DNA from: a virus
Lineage: Duplodnaviria > Caudoviricetes
Virus record (IMG/VR): IMGVR_UViG_3300029705_000039
DNA: 64,000 bases
Reading direction: 5' to 3' (one strand)
A program made the translations under genes and the position numbers. Positions within the stretch are counted from its first letter, which is position 1; each line of letters opens with the position of its first letter. This document shows positions 22,748 to 35,612 of the stretch, in pieces. The notes beneath the pieces are model-generated. The model worked only from the letters and a program-made list of their open reading frames with translations. It was not told the origin of the DNA and searched no databases.

Positions 22748-23491
22748 ATGACTAATGAAGAACTTACTAAAACCGTAGAACAGCATACTCTATTTGCCGC
22801 AGAACAGTCTGACCGTGTTCCGTTATTTGGCGCGCTTTATGGTTCCCAGAATTATGGCCTCGCTACTCCGGAATCTGACGTAGATACTAAGGTTTGGTTA
22901 ATGCCGTCTTTTCACGATCTTTATACCGCGGCCAAGCCTTATTCTAAAGAGCTTCATCTTGGTGATGCCCACGTAGAAGGTAAAAACTATCGCCTAATGG
23001 TGGGAGAACTCAAAAAGCAAAATATGAATTTCCTTGAAACTATCTTTACTCCCTACTATTGGTGCGGCGATACCTATAAGGCCGAATTTGACTATCTTCG
23101 TAATAATAGAGAATTAGTGGCTCGTTATGACGTAAATCGCGGAGCACACGCTTTTATGGGGCATATGTATAATATGTATAATCGTTTTAAGCGTGATGAA
23201 AAACCCAAGCAAGTTGCGCATCTGATGCGGCTTTATGATTGCTTACAGCGTTATGCTTTGACTGACGAACCATATGAAGATTTACTGTTTCATCCTAATT
23301 CTCTTGAATACCTAATGGCGGTCCGCCGCGGTGAAGTGCCTGTAGAAGAATTGCGGGATATGGCAGAAACCTATATGGGACTTGCTGATAATCTTATCAA
23401 AGAAATGCCGCAGTATGAAGTTAATAAGGACGCGGAAAATGTATTTGATATTTTTGGTAAAGCAATGCTGATGAAAAAGTTTGGAGTTTAA
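22748..23491 (+). CDS. Pol-beta superfamily nucleotidyltransferase
   Basis: LYGSQNYGLATPESDVDTK motif; own promoter at 22694. Confidence 0.8.
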   Translation: MTNEELTKTVEQHTLFAAEQSDRVPLFGALYGSQNYGLATPESDVDTKVWLMPSFHDLYTAAKPYSKELHLGDAHVEGKNYRLMVGELKKQNMNFLETIFTPYYWCGDTYKAEFDYLRNNRELVARYDVNRGAHAFMGHMYNMYNRFKRDEKPKQVAHLMRLYDCLQRYALTDEPYEDLLFHPNSLEYLMAVRRGEVPVEELRDMAETYMGLADNLIKEMPQYEVNKDAENVFDIFGKAMLMKKFGV

Positions 23492-25226
23492 TATGTATTG
23501 GTTTAAAGAGCGTTCTTATAAAACACTAGAGAGTGCTATCGCTGCTTATGAAGAATACAAAAAGAACGAACAAATTTTGAATGGTGAAGGATTGACGCCT
23601 TTTCCCAGAAATCTAAATTTTCATAATCACTATAAGGAAGTAGTTCCAGGCGTTATTGAAGAAGTATCAGCCTATGATACTTTGGGTAATAAAATTGCCA
23701 CCTGGACCGCCTATAAATCAACCGCGGCAAAAGATAATAAAAATATAACCAATTGCCGCAATTGCGGTGCGCCAGTATATGGATACCGGTGCGAGTATTG
23801 TGATACTCATTATTAAGATTTGACATTTATAAAATTTTAGTATATAATATATACATAAGATAAAGAAAGGAAGTAATCTACTATGAGCAAGCCCGCCAAC
23901 GAGTATCAATTTTTCTTTCCTCTCAAAAAGCGGTGCTTTTTGCTTAGAATTTGGGACTGGATTGAAGAAAAGGCGTTTTATCCTTGTCTTTTCACGGGAG
24001 CCTTCCTGTTTGGTTCTTTAATTATGTTTTTAACTTGTAAATTTTTCTAAAGAAAGGAAGTAATTTACTACGCGACGAAAGGGGATTGAGATTAGTGAAA
24101 ACTAAAATTGTAATTGAATTAGATAATTGTCTCAGATGCCCTTATTGTAAATATCGTAATATTAATACAGAAGTGGCTTATGATTATGTTTGTCTTAAAG
24201 CCAAAAAAGAAATTGCTTCTTATGTAGAGGATAGAAACGAATTTCCTGAAGAAGTTCCTGTATGATGTCCATGTAGATTGGAGAAATGGATGGAAGGAGA
24301 TTAAATAAATGAAAGTCAAAGTTGAATTTGAATGTGAAATCTTCCCCGACGGCACTACGCCTTGGTTTTTTATCTATGATGCTCTTAAACACTGCGGTGT
24401 AGAGTATGCAGAAACTCTTAAAGTATATGACGCAGAAACAGGAAAGGAACTCTAATGATATGAAAAAGAAAATTGCTTTGATTTTGGTTCTTTGCACTAT
24501 GGCTCTTATGTTGTGTAGTTGTTCTTCTTCTTATGAGGAAGCAAATACTAATCCCGATAATCATTTTAGTAAAGGTTATTTTACCGTTATTAAATCTTGG
24601 GATGGCGGCGTTGATTATCCCACTGAACGTATTGTTTATGCCAATGACACTAAAGTAATGTATTACGTTTTTCGTAGTAATTATACCGGCGGTATGACCC
24701 CTCTCTATAACGCCGATGGCACTTTACAGATTTATGAAGGAGACTAACTATGCGGTGGAATACTGTTGAAAAGCCTAAGCCTAAAGAACCTTATATTATT
24801 GAAAAATTTGCTCTTTTTCCGATTTGTATTAATAATGAATGCCGTTGGCTTGAACGAGTAAAAATTCAAGCGCACTACTGGATTGGTGGATTTAGCGGGA
24901 CTAAATATGTAGAATACGATAAGTTTATTGATGATTAAAAAGGATGGTATAAAATGAAGGCTATCTATCAATGTGATTGGTGCGGCAAACGTGATACAGA
25001 AGAAGAAATTCGTTGCCATGAACCGCTTTGCACTTACAACAAGGAATTACGTTCATGCTATACTTGTAAGAATCAAAAAGGATTTACAAAGTTAGAATGC
25101 TCCATCAAGGAAATTCCTGAAGGAAAATATATTTCTTTTTGCCCTCTGTGGGAGGATAATGGTAAAGACATGACTAAACCCGGCGGTTTTGAGGATATTT
25201 TTAATGGATTGTTTGGAGGTAAATAA
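23492..25226 (+). other. Cluster of small hypothetical genes, several with CxxC motifs and one lipoprotein-like
   Basis: Short ORFs with RBS; LCSC lipobox-like motif in the ORF ending at 24747. Confidence 0.55.
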
Positions 25227-25228
25227 TT

Positions 25229-26074
25229 ATGCGTAAGGATAGTCTTGGCGACCGTATGAAGTCGTATGAAAATATTACTAGAACTTATCTGCCGAGTCGC
25301 ATGCCTATTATTATTCGTATTGATGGTAAGGCATTTCATACCTTTACCAAGGGCTTTAAAAAGCCTTTTGATGATATTCTTATGCGGGCTATGGAAGAAA
25401 CTGCGGCGGTTCTGTGCCGCGAAATCGAAGGCGTAAAGATTGCCTATACTCAAAGTGATGAAATTTCCCTTCTTATCACTAATAATGATACTTGGGAAAC
25501 TCAACCCTGGTTTGGCAATAATATTCAGAAGATGGTAAGTGTCGCCGCGTCGATTGCTACTTGGATTTTTAATAAGGTTTTTTGGCAAGAATTGAATGAT
25601 TATAGAAATATCAGTCCCCTTGAAACAGCAGGTACTTCCGAAGAACATAGGTTCTTGGAGGCTTATTGCCGAGCTTGCGATAAAGGTGCTTTATTTGATG
25701 CCCGTGCTTTTGTTCTGCCCGCGGATGAAGTATGCAACTACTTTATTTTTCGGCAGCAGGATGCAATTCGCAATTCTATCCAATCTATGGGACAGGCGCA
25801 TTTTTCTCACAAGGAACTAATGAATAAGAATTGTGAAAATATCAAGCAAATGCTAGTCGAAAAGAACATCAAGTGGGAGAGTCTTCCCATTTCTCACCAG
25901 CGAGGCATTTGTGTTATTAAGAAGCCTACTAAGGTCAAGACGCAAATCGACATGAAAGCTATGACCTATATAGAAATGACTCGTAATCGTTGGACGGTAG
26001 ATGATAATATTCCTCTATTTTGGGAAGATAGAAAATATATTGATAGTCTATTTAACCATGGAGGCACATCCTGA
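25229..26074 (+). CDS. thg1: tRNA-His guanylyltransferase Thg1-like protein
   Basis: GDRMKSYE, RIDGKAFHTFT, YTQSDEIS, FDAR, RQQDA.RNS. Confidence 0.9.
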   Translation: MRKDSLGDRMKSYENITRTYLPSRMPIIIRIDGKAFHTFTKGFKKPFDDILMRAMEETAAVLCREIEGVKIAYTQSDEISLLITNNDTWETQPWFGNNIQKMVSVAASIATWIFNKVFWQELNDYRNISPLETAGTSEEHRFLEAYCRACDKGALFDARAFVLPADEVCNYFIFRQQDAIRNSIQSMGQAHFSHKELMNKNCENIKQMLVEKNIKWESLPISHQRGICVIKKPTKVKTQIDMKAMTYIEMTRNRWTVDDNIPLFWEDRKYIDSLFNHGGTS

Positions 26075-26151
26075 ACGTTATAGCATTGCTGATGATAAAG
26101 ATATGACTACAACTTGACGCAAGTATATTGTATATATTTATAAGGATAGAT

Positions 26152-27538
26152 ATGAAAGCAATTGACATCACTTATTTTCAAGAATTTATTAACAAATACA
26201 AAATCAAACAAGAAGAGCGGGCCAGTAAAGGATTGGGCTTACAATATTTTGGGCCAAAAGAAATGCAAATATTATTAGATAAAATGCCTATTATTGATGT
26301 CGAACCCGTGCGGCATGGGCGATGGATAAATCCCCGTCTGAATAAATACGGGCATCCCTGCCATCAGTGTAATCAATGTTTATTCGTGGCGTCGCAAAAA
26401 GATAAAAATTTCTGCCCCGATTGCGGAGCAAAAATGGATTTAAAGGAGTAAATATGTCTACTATTAAAAAGAAACGTAAGTATTACCGTAAGTGCGGGGT
26501 ATGCGGTGAACGATACGAACAATCCGACATGATTAGAACAAATAACTCTCCTAATGGATGGCTTTGTATGGAATGTCATTTACATTTTCATCCTGAATAT
26601 GATTGTGAGGAATGGTAATTATGAGAATTGACCCTTTATACAAATTATTTGATTATGCTTGCGACCGTTTTTATGTTGTTGATTATAATAAGGATGACCG
26701 GCCCTATGTTATTACAGGCTTTCTTTTAGATTGTGGCGGACCGCGTTATCGTGTTTTAACTGAATATGGGCTTTGTATTATTAAAACTAAAGATATTAAT
26801 ACTATGTTCCCTATTCCTATGCCAAAAGATTTACCCAATGACTTTAAGCAATTAATTGAAACCTACTTAAAAGAACGCGCGGAAGAAGCATTACATAATT
26901 GTGAGGAATAATAATTATGGTAGTAAACCATTTTAAAGAAAATCCTATGTGGCGTCTTTATGAATATGCTTGTAATAAATTGTATTATGTAGAATATGGA
27001 GAAATTCCTAAACATCTATTCGGTATACTTGTAAATTGCGGCAAATTATATGTTTTTTTGGGTGAAAAAGGACTTTATGTGATTAAAGTTGAGGATATCA
27101 CCAGTCTAGAGCCCGCGCCAATGCCAGAGAAGATTAGCGATGAATTTAGGAAGGTTATTGAAGATTATTTACAAGATAGCGCTACGTAGAAGATATAAAG
27201 CGGCTTGTTAAAATTATTGTATTTTATAATAAATATTATTAAAATAAGGAGAAAGGATTTATATGTTTTTAGCTAAACACGCTACTGAAATGACATTAAT
27301 TGCTAATAAGGAGAAAATGACAGAGGTATTTGAAATAGTAGCCAAAATTGAAGAGAAAGTCCGCAACGCTGCCTCTAACGGTGAAGATATAATGATTTGG
27401 GAATTAGAGACTCCATTAGATGAACGTTATATAGTTACTAAAGTTCTGCACATTTTAACTGAATGTGGTTATTCTGCTTCTTATTGTGGCTTTGGTCAGC
27501 ATTTTTCTTGGAAAGTAGCTTGGAATTCGCAAATTTAA
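26152..27538 (+). other. Small hypothetical genes including a paralogous pair (26621-26911 and 26917-27198)
   Basis: Shared LF/YEYAC...CG...GL..IK..DI...P.PMP pattern; the second gene reads through TAG 27187 to TAA 27198. Confidence 0.55.
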
Positions 27539-27630
27539 AGATAACGGTTTGTTAAAATTTTAACAAGCCGATTTATTTTTGACTTTTTGTAATTTTTGTG
27601 CTATAATAAATATATAAAGGAGTGATAAGT

Positions 27631-28425
27631 ATGACTACCATAAATCGTGTATTCGTTCGTGGCGATACACACGGTGATTTTGATTGGCTTCCTGATTGGT
27701 GTCGTGAAAATAAAACCACCACTAATGATATCCTTATTCTTCTTGGCGACCATGCTCTCCGCTTTGAGGGTATTAAGAAGCCGCGTGAGGTAATGAGAAA
27801 ACAATTAGTTGCGGCCCAGCCTATTACTATTTTTGCGCTTCGTGGTAATCATGATAGACCCTATTATAAAGAAGATGATAGTGAGTGGGATGATATAGAG
27901 TTAAAGGTCTGCCCTCTTCTTACGCAAGAATATATGAGTTCTAATTTAAAATGCTATGATGATGAAATGTGGCACGACAAAAACTATCCTAATATCTGGT
28001 ATTTTCAAGATGGCGGGCATTATTGTATTAAAAATAAAACTTTCTTTACCTATGGCGGCGCATATAGTGTAGATAAAGAATGGCGGCAACTTATGCATTG
28101 GACATGGTATCCTAATGAAATTGTAAGTTCGCAACGTCATTGTGAAATTTTGGATATCATCGACCATCGGCATTTTGATTATGTTTTAACCCATACTTGC
28201 CCTACTGAGTGGCAACCGACTGATTTATTTATGAAAAATATAGACCAAAGTAAAATAGACCCTACCATGGAAGAGTATCTAAGTGATGTTTTACGCCATA
28301 TAGGTGGGTATGATTATTGGTATTTCGGCCATTATCACGATAATAGGAATTATGGTAAGATGAGTGAGTATGAGTGGAATGGTGAAACTATTATGTTATT
28401 TGATAGAATAGTGAGGATTATATGA
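27631..28425 (+). CDS. Metallophosphoesterase
   Basis: GDTHG, LGD, RGNHD, GGAYSVDK, THTCP, FGHYH. Confidence 0.85.
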   Translation: MTTINRVFVRGDTHGDFDWLPDWCRENKTTTNDILILLGDHALRFEGIKKPREVMRKQLVAAQPITIFALRGNHDRPYYKEDDSEWDDIELKVCPLLTQEYMSSNLKCYDDEMWHDKNYPNIWYFQDGGHYCIKNKTFFTYGGAYSVDKEWRQLMHWTWYPNEIVSSQRHCEILDIIDHRHFDYVLTHTCPTEWQPTDLFMKNIDQSKIDPTMEEYLSDVLRHIGGYDYWYFGHYHDNRNYGKMSEYEWNGETIMLFDRIVRII

Positions 28426-28710
28426 ACGCACTTACAAGACGACGAGTAATAACATTAGGGCAAAAGATTCATAACTTTTTTCAAATTTGGCGTGCCATTA
28501 AAGAGATTAATAAAGAAATAAATATGGCTATGCGCTATAATGTATCACAAACTACTTCTCTTATTCATTTTGATTCATACATAACTCGCGAACAGTGCGG
28601 CAAAATAGTCAAATATTTTACTAAACGCGGCTACTCTGTTAAGCACGATTATGATATAAATGGTCGCAATTTAGCCGAACTGACGCTTACTATTTCTTGG
28701 GAGAAATTAG

Positions 28711-29568
28711 ATGGTTAATTTTTATTTACCTGATTTTTACGAACAATTTAAGTTAAATCATTCCCTTATCTTGCTCCTCAAGGAGCATCCCGAGTATTTT
28801 ATTGATGGTCTTCGCATTGGTGCCGTCTATGGCAGTTATCCTGGTGCCATTTGGAATGGCGGCCGTTTATATTATGGCAGCACCAGTAATGAAAACATTA
28901 TTAACACTACTGCCGCATTTAATGAGTTAGATGTTCCCTTGCGCTTTACTTTTACTAATAATCAACTCTTGCCGCGCCATTTTTATGATAATTATTGTAA
29001 TCTAATTATGGAATTATGTAGTAATAATATGAATGAAGTATTAGTAAATGATATTGGTTTAGAGAATTATATTAGAATGAATTATCCTAATTATAAAATA
29101 GTTGCTTCTACTACCAAATGCGAGCGTAATATAGAGGAAATTAATAAATTTACTAAGCGCTATGATCTTGTTGTGCTTGATTATAATGATAATCATAACG
29201 AGGAATTTCTAAATAAGATTAATGATATCGAGAAAATTGAACTCCTTATTAATGCCTATTGCTATCCAAATTGTCAATATCGTAAGGAACATTATACGCA
29301 ACTATCTAAAGACCAATTAAATTGCGCCTACGGCACTACCTTTGAATGTGATGCTATGAAGCACGGATTTTACGATATTTTAGATTTTTCCACTATTATT
29401 ACGCCACAACAAATTCAAGAATATTATATTCCCAAAGGCTTTCAGCACTTTAAAATTGAAGGTAGAACCCTCCATCCAGTTGATATTTTAGAAAGTTATA
29501 TTTATTATCTTGTAAAAGATGAATATAAAGATAAAGTTAGATACAAATTACTTAAGGAGATATGGTAA
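28711..29568 (+). CDS. U32 peptidase-like protein
   Basis: WNGGR, ELLINAYC..C, FKIEGR motif. Confidence 0.55.
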   Translation: MVNFYLPDFYEQFKLNHSLILLLKEHPEYFIDGLRIGAVYGSYPGAIWNGGRLYYGSTSNENIINTTAAFNELDVPLRFTFTNNQLLPRHFYDNYCNLIMELCSNNMNEVLVNDIGLENYIRMNYPNYKIVASTTKCERNIEEINKFTKRYDLVVLDYNDNHNEEFLNKINDIEKIELLINAYCYPNCQYRKEHYTQLSKDQLNCAYGTTFECDAMKHGFYDILDFSTIITPQQIQEYYIPKGFQHFKIEGRTLHPVDILESYIYYLVKDEYKDKVRYKLLKEIW

Positions 29569-30585
29569 ATGCTTTTTAATAATAAATATGTAGGTCTAAT
29601 TATTTATGGTATTTTTTCTCTTACTTTTTATTATGGGGCTTTATTTTCTAACGAAATTCCTCTGATGAAAATCGCTTATTTCTTTCTGGCTTTAATGAAT
29701 ACAGATTATTTCATTCAATATTGGCGTAGATAATACTACGCCTCTTTTTGACTTTTATTAATTTTTAGTGTATAATATATATAAGAAATGAAGGGAGAAT
29801 TGCTATGGATAACTATTATGCCGCAGGACGTCAAGAGGTAATCGATAAGGTCAGACAGTATTTGATTAATTGTATCGAAGAATGGAATAGTCTTGGCGAC
29901 CGTAAATATGAATTGGCTAATATTCAGGTATATAATCATATTAGAAAGTGCTTGGATGATTTAGAGGAATATGAAAATGGTTGATTTTTATTTTAGTATC
30001 AAATTATTCGCGGAATTAGCACCGGTTATCTTTTTTCTAGTGATGTTTATTATTACGCTAATTATAACTTCGATAAAGTCTTTTAAATATAATCGTAAAA
30101 TCAAATATCTTCAATCCATCGGCTTTGAACGTTATCTAATTAATGTCGCCAGTGTGGGCAATAAGGCATGGTATGGTTGGCGGCGTGATGATAAAAATGA
30201 ATATTTACATATTAGTGAGAAAGATTTAACAAGAATAAATTATAAAGAATTAAAAAAGAGGTTTTCGTTATGATGGTATGGAACGTTTGGCAGCACAATA
30301 TCAATAGTGGTTTAATGGAAACATGGAATATTTTTGAGCATTATGACTTTAACAAAGATACCATTTGTGATTTGCGGGACTTTAACGATAAAGAAGAATT
30401 TGCACGTCATCTCCAATCTAATTTAATGTATTGTTTTTGGTGTAAAGCAGAGTATGAAATTATTCTTTCTCCCTGGTGCCGCGGCTCTGAGGATAAAGAT
30501 AAAAAGATTGATATTTATACACAAGTGATGGTTAATTGGAGTAGATTTGTAGATTACGTGTGGAGTTTTAAGAAAGGAGACTAAT

Positions 30586-31086
30586 ATGTATAAGCCTACT
30601 TTATACATTTTATGCGGCATACCAGGATGTGGCAAGAGCACGTGGGCCCGCGAAAAATTGAAGGAAAACATGAATCCTATTGAACCTAAATGGACATATG
30701 TTTCTCGTGATGAAGTGCGCTTTTCTATGATTAAAGAGGAAGATGATTACTTTGCCAAAGAAAAGCAGGTTTTTGGAGAATATGTAAGACGCATTTGTGA
30801 GTCTCTGAAAGATACCTATACGGTCAATACTATCGCGGACGCGACACATCTTAACAAGATTTCTCGTGACAAGCTTATTAATGCTATTTATCGTATGTGC
30901 CCTGAATTAGATTTTGATATTGTAATGGTATATTTCGATATTCCGGTAGAAGTATGTATTTTTCGCAATAATAAGCGTAGCGGCCGCGCCCGTGTTCCTG
31001 AAAACGTAATTAAAAATATGTATGCCACTTTGGAGTTTCCTAAGTGCCGCAAAAATCTTATTAGAGTGGAGATTGTGAGAGACTAA
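30586..31086 (+). CDS. P-loop kinase, polynucleotide kinase-like (AAA_33)
   Basis: CGIPGCGKSTW, SRDEVR, DATHL, RNNKR...RVPENVI. Confidence 0.8.
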   Translation: MYKPTLYILCGIPGCGKSTWAREKLKENMNPIEPKWTYVSRDEVRFSMIKEEDDYFAKEKQVFGEYVRRICESLKDTYTVNTIADATHLNKISRDKLINAIYRMCPELDFDIVMVYFDIPVEVCIFRNNKRSGRARVPENVIKNMYATLEFPKCRKNLIRVEIVRD

Positions 31087-31631
31087 TGAGTATTTACATA
31101 ACGTCCGATTTACATTTCGGGCATAATCAGCCTTTTTTATATGAACCTCGCGGCTTTGGTAGTATTGAGGAACATGATAAAATTATTATTGCCAATATCA
31201 ATGAAACAGTAGAAGAAGAGGATACGCTCTATATTCTTGGCGACCTTATGCTTAATGATACCGCATATGGTATGGAATGCTTAAAGCAAATTAAATGTCA
31301 AAATATTCATATTATTCTTGGTAATCATGATTCTAACGCCCGCATAGAGCTATATAAAACTTTACCAAATATTCGCGCTATAAATTATGCAACTCTGCTA
31401 AAATATAAGAAATGGAACTTTATGCTTTCGCATTACCCTATGCTAACTAATAATTTTGACGATGATAAAAAACCTTTTTGTCGCGTTTGGAATCTTTGCG
31501 GGCATAGTCATACAAAAGAAATTATTGACCCAATAACCAATTCTATTCACTGTGAATTGGACGCATGGGGAAATTATCCTGTAAATTTAGAACAGATAAA
31601 AGAATTTATCAAGGAGCATTATAGTGTCTAA
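31086..31631 (+). CDS. Calcineurin-like phosphoesterase coupled to the kinase
   Basis: TSDLHFGH, LGDL, LGNHD, SHYP, GHSH; start overlaps the kinase stop. Confidence 0.85.
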   Translation: MSIYITSDLHFGHNQPFLYEPRGFGSIEEHDKIIIANINETVEEEDTLYILGDLMLNDTAYGMECLKQIKCQNIHIILGNHDSNARIELYKTLPNIRAINYATLLKYKKWNFMLSHYPMLTNNFDDDKKPFCRVWNLCGHSHTKEIIDPITNSIHCELDAWGNYPVNLEQIKEFIKEHYSV

Positions 31632-31836
31632 TATTTTGGCAATTATGCTTACAATAGGAATTTTATTTTGTATTACAGGATTCTTGGCTTTATGTATGTA
31701 TATCTCTTATATAAAGAGGGATAAGAATGTTTGAATTAATTTTTAATACTATAATTAATTTTCTTGTTATGCTTTTTGGTGGTTCTATCGTGGCAATAAT
31801 TCTTACTTTAATTTTTGGAGAAGGGAGTCTTAGTAA

Positions 31837-34673
31837 TTGGTAAATGTAATTAATCCAGTTAATGTAAATGATATCCTGGCTGTTCTAAATGAAACAAGAG
31901 CCTCTCTTCGTGAAGTTATAGAAGAAAAGCCAGACCAAAAAGAAGTTATTGAACGAATTGTTATTCCTATGATTAATGTAATCCAAGCAACCGCGCTTCA
32001 ATTGCCTACTGTAAAAGCATATAAAGATGTTGAAGACTATGGCTATTGGATGCCTGGTAGTGGTCTAAAGGTGAAATGTTCCTCATGTAAAGAAGAAACC
32101 TATGGCGGCAAAACTAAATTTTGTCCGCACTGCGGCATTGAAATGAAGGAGAAGCAAGATGTATTGGCGAGATTGTGTTAAAGACCCGCCCGCAAATGAT
32201 ATCGAATGTGAAGTATTGGTTTTAGACCATAATATTTATCGCGGCACTAGATGGCTTCGAACTTTTGCACGATATAATTCAAAAGATGGTAATTGGGATT
32301 TATGGATAGATGGATTTGGTTGGTCGAGTGATTCAGGATATACGCCGTCTTATTGGATAGAATTGCCGTCCCTCCCACCTCTTCCTTATGAAGGACCAAA
32401 ATGTGGTTATCTTTATGGTAATAGTTATTGTATGGCTCAAAAAAATATGCCCCGTTGTTATTGTCAAGGGGATAAAAATAAATGTGAAAAGTGAGGAAAA
32501 TTTTATTATGTCTAATTACAATTATATTATTGGCGGCCGCAGCACTGGTAAAACTCGTAGGCTTCTTGAACACGCTAAAGAAAATAATGCCCTTGTTATT
32601 TGTAAAAACCCGGCCGCGATGGCCCGTAAGGCAGAGGCGTATGGCATTTTTGGTCTTGCTTTTGCCAGTTATGAAGATACCTTAAATAATATTTTAGATG
32701 TATCTATTGGCAATGCAGAAAATTGTGAAGACGTAGTTGTGGATGAAATGAAGGAATATTTTAAGTATCTTCTTGCGGCTGACTGTATTGGTTTTACGTT
32801 GACGGAGGATGATTAATATGTTTGAAAAGCATATTTGTCCGGTCTGTTGGGCTTTTCAAGACCCTGATACTGGAAAGTGTTTAATATGCGGCAAACGCTA
32901 TCATATATTAGATATTCCTGAGCCTATTGGTGATTTTATCGTGCCTCTTTCAAATGGCTTTTTAACATTTAAGGCATCAGTAGAAACGAGAATAGAGGAA
33001 AAAGCAGATACCATACTAGACCCCAGATGTGGAGAAATATTAATTCCTCCTACTTATGACGCTAAAATAATTTTTCATTTTCTTGCTGACGATAATAATA
33101 CTTTATATCAATTTTATAGTGGGCGGCACTTTAGTTGACTAAAGTGTCGCTTATAATAAAATTTGACAAAAATATATTTTTATTGTATAATTATTATGTT
33201 AAATGAAAGGGGAAAAGAAAATGTCAGTAGCCAAGTCTTACGCAAATCGTGAAATTGTTGGCGAGCCCTATGAACATGACAAACGGCAATATGTGAAAAT
33301 CAAATATCCCTGTTGCCGCAAATCTTCTTGTTCTAAATGTGGCGGCGAAGGCTATTATCTTAAAGAAGTAAGATGGTATGATGAACCTATTATTTTTGAT
33401 GGACGTAAGGGTTTTGGTTTCTTTGAAGCAGGTTATATTACCTTGTTTAAAGGCAATAGTAGCGAAATAGAAGAATTTTGTAAAGAGCACCTTCTTCGGA
33501 AAGCGCGATATAATCTGTTATTTTCTTGGTATTTGCCTTCATCTTATATTATTCCCGACAACCTCCCTTCCTCAATTATTCCTATTAAACTAACTTGGGA
33601 AGAGATTACTCTTAACAATCAATTAAAAGATTATGATATTATCCGTAATTACGTTGGCAGCCTTATAAATAAATCTTTCTGCTCCCAATATGTAGGGGTA
33701 ATAAATGGAAAGATTGAAAAAGATTTTGTTGTAATCGAAGATACCCTTAATTCCGGCTATTATGGTGATACCCATACTTATATTTTAGAAGATGAAGATG
33801 GCAATCGTTATATTTGGAAAACTGCGGCGAGAAAATTAGAAGTAGAAGAAATCTATCATTTAAAAGGCACTATTAAAGAACACAAAAAAATAGAAGAAAT
33901 AAAATATACTGTTTTAACTCGTTGTAGGGAGGGTTAAAGAATGGAATTAATTAAGGCAACTGAGGCTTATGCCAGCACGCTTTTAGCGCGGCGTTTAAAG
34001 ATGGAGAAATTAGCTTTATATTTTAATAAAGTCATTACAGGAGCCGCGGCAAAGGGTAATACAACTTGTATTATTCGCTGGAAAGATTTCGATATGGATG
34101 AAGAATTAGCCACCGATGAAGATACTACCATTCAATTAATTGATAGTATTGTGTCCGCAGGTTATGACGCTGAATTTTGTTATAATAATCCATATGCCTT
34201 CAATCCTTGCGGTATTATCATTGCTTGGGGTGAAGGGACCGAGGAACTTCTAAATGAAGTGTTTGCGCAGGTTGAAGGCCAACTTTATAGAGGAGAATAA
34301 TATGGAGTTTAACAATCTTGAAAGACAATGGATAAAAGAAATTGATACATATGCCTTTAAAGAAGAAATCGAAAGACTTGATATGATTTATTCCTCCGCG
34401 CAAATTGAAACCTATGAGCACACTATGGATAATTTTACATTAGACTCGTCTTTCGGTAAAACCCTACATAATCTCCGAAGTAATGGATATGCTTTTATGG
34501 GCATTGGCCGCGCCCCTTGGATACATAGCGGACGAGAGATGGCAGTAATTTTTGAGGATGTAGATACCTTTCAGAAATATTGGTATCATATCAATGCCTT
34601 TATCATTGAATGGTGGCAAGAACAAGTTGCTTTGTATTTAAGAAAGGAGCCTAATGCGCTAGGAATTCTTTGA
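31837..34673 (+). other. Cluster of hypothetical genes (Zn-finger proteins, a short P-loop GGRSTGKT protein at 32508, a possible OB-fold protein at 33221)
   Basis: Contiguous ORFs with RBS in the ORF track. Confidence 0.55.
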
Positions 34674-35073
34674 GGCCGCACGAAAATGTGCAGAACAATC
34701 TGATTATAATGGGGCATCGAGTGCAAAAATTGGTGCGGTTGCCGTTTTCCGAAGAACCATTATTGCGCGCGGCCACAATCAAAACAAAACGCATCCCCTA
34801 CAACAGCGTTATAATATTTATAGATATGATGTAAATGGAGATCATTACTATCCCAGTAAAATGCACGCTGAGATAGAATTGATTTCTAAAATTAGATACC
34901 TTGACATTAATTTCAGCGAAGTTGAAATTTATGTATATAGAGAAACCAAGGGCGGCCGCAAGGCATTGGCGAGACCATGTGCGGCTTGTACAAAGGCTTT
35001 GCGGGACCTTGGGATTAAAAAAGTTTGCTATACTACTAATGATGGATATTGTGAAGAAAGGTATGAGGATTAA
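34654..35073 (+). CDS. Cytidine/dCMP-type zinc deaminase (code 15, TAG at codon 3)
   Basis: AAGGAG RBS then ATG CGC TAG; KIGAV...GHN...HAE...RPCAAC. Confidence 0.8.
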
Positions 35074-35075
35074 TT

Positions 35076-35609
35076 ATGGAAAGACAGAAACACGGTTTTG
35101 ATTATCAAGCAGAAGTGATTGAGCGATTTGGATTAGTTAAAGATGAAAATTACACTGGTAAATGGGATGCTTATTGTGAAGGGGTTCCAGTGTCAATTAA
35201 AAGTCCTAAAATTGGTAGTGATATTGAATTAGCAGATTTTTTTAGACAAAGTAATATTAATGAAGATTTTTATATGATCGTAGGTTTTCATGATCACGAA
35301 AATAAAAACAGTATTATTGAAGAATATGTCTTATATATTCCTAAAGAAAAATGGGCCGCACTTTTTAATCCTTCATTTAATGCGCGATTTAAAGAATTAC
35401 TTGATAATTGTTCAAATGAACATTCGTATGATTCAATTTGGGCAGAAAAAGTTAAACTTTTAAAAGCAGATTGGAAGAAGAGTACTTCTAACTTAATTCG
35501 CCCTCGTTTTAAGCGCGACCATAAAACTCAAAGACGTATTCAGTGTGCAATTAATAATAAAGATTTTTATAAGTATTTTATTCCACAGTATGTGGTCGGA
35601 GTTGTTTAA
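35076..35609 (+). CDS. Possible PD-(D/E)XK nuclease (restriction endonuclease-like)
   Basis: QKHGFDYQ...WDA...VSIKS pattern; adjacent to a methyltransferase. Confidence 0.45.
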   Translation: MERQKHGFDYQAEVIERFGLVKDENYTGKWDAYCEGVPVSIKSPKIGSDIELADFFRQSNINEDFYMIVGFHDHENKNSIIEEYVLYIPKEKWAALFNPSFNARFKELLDNCSNEHSYDSIWAEKVKLLKADWKKSTSNLIRPRFKRDHKTQRRIQCAINNKDFYKYFIPQYVVGVV

Positions 35610-35612
35610 TTA

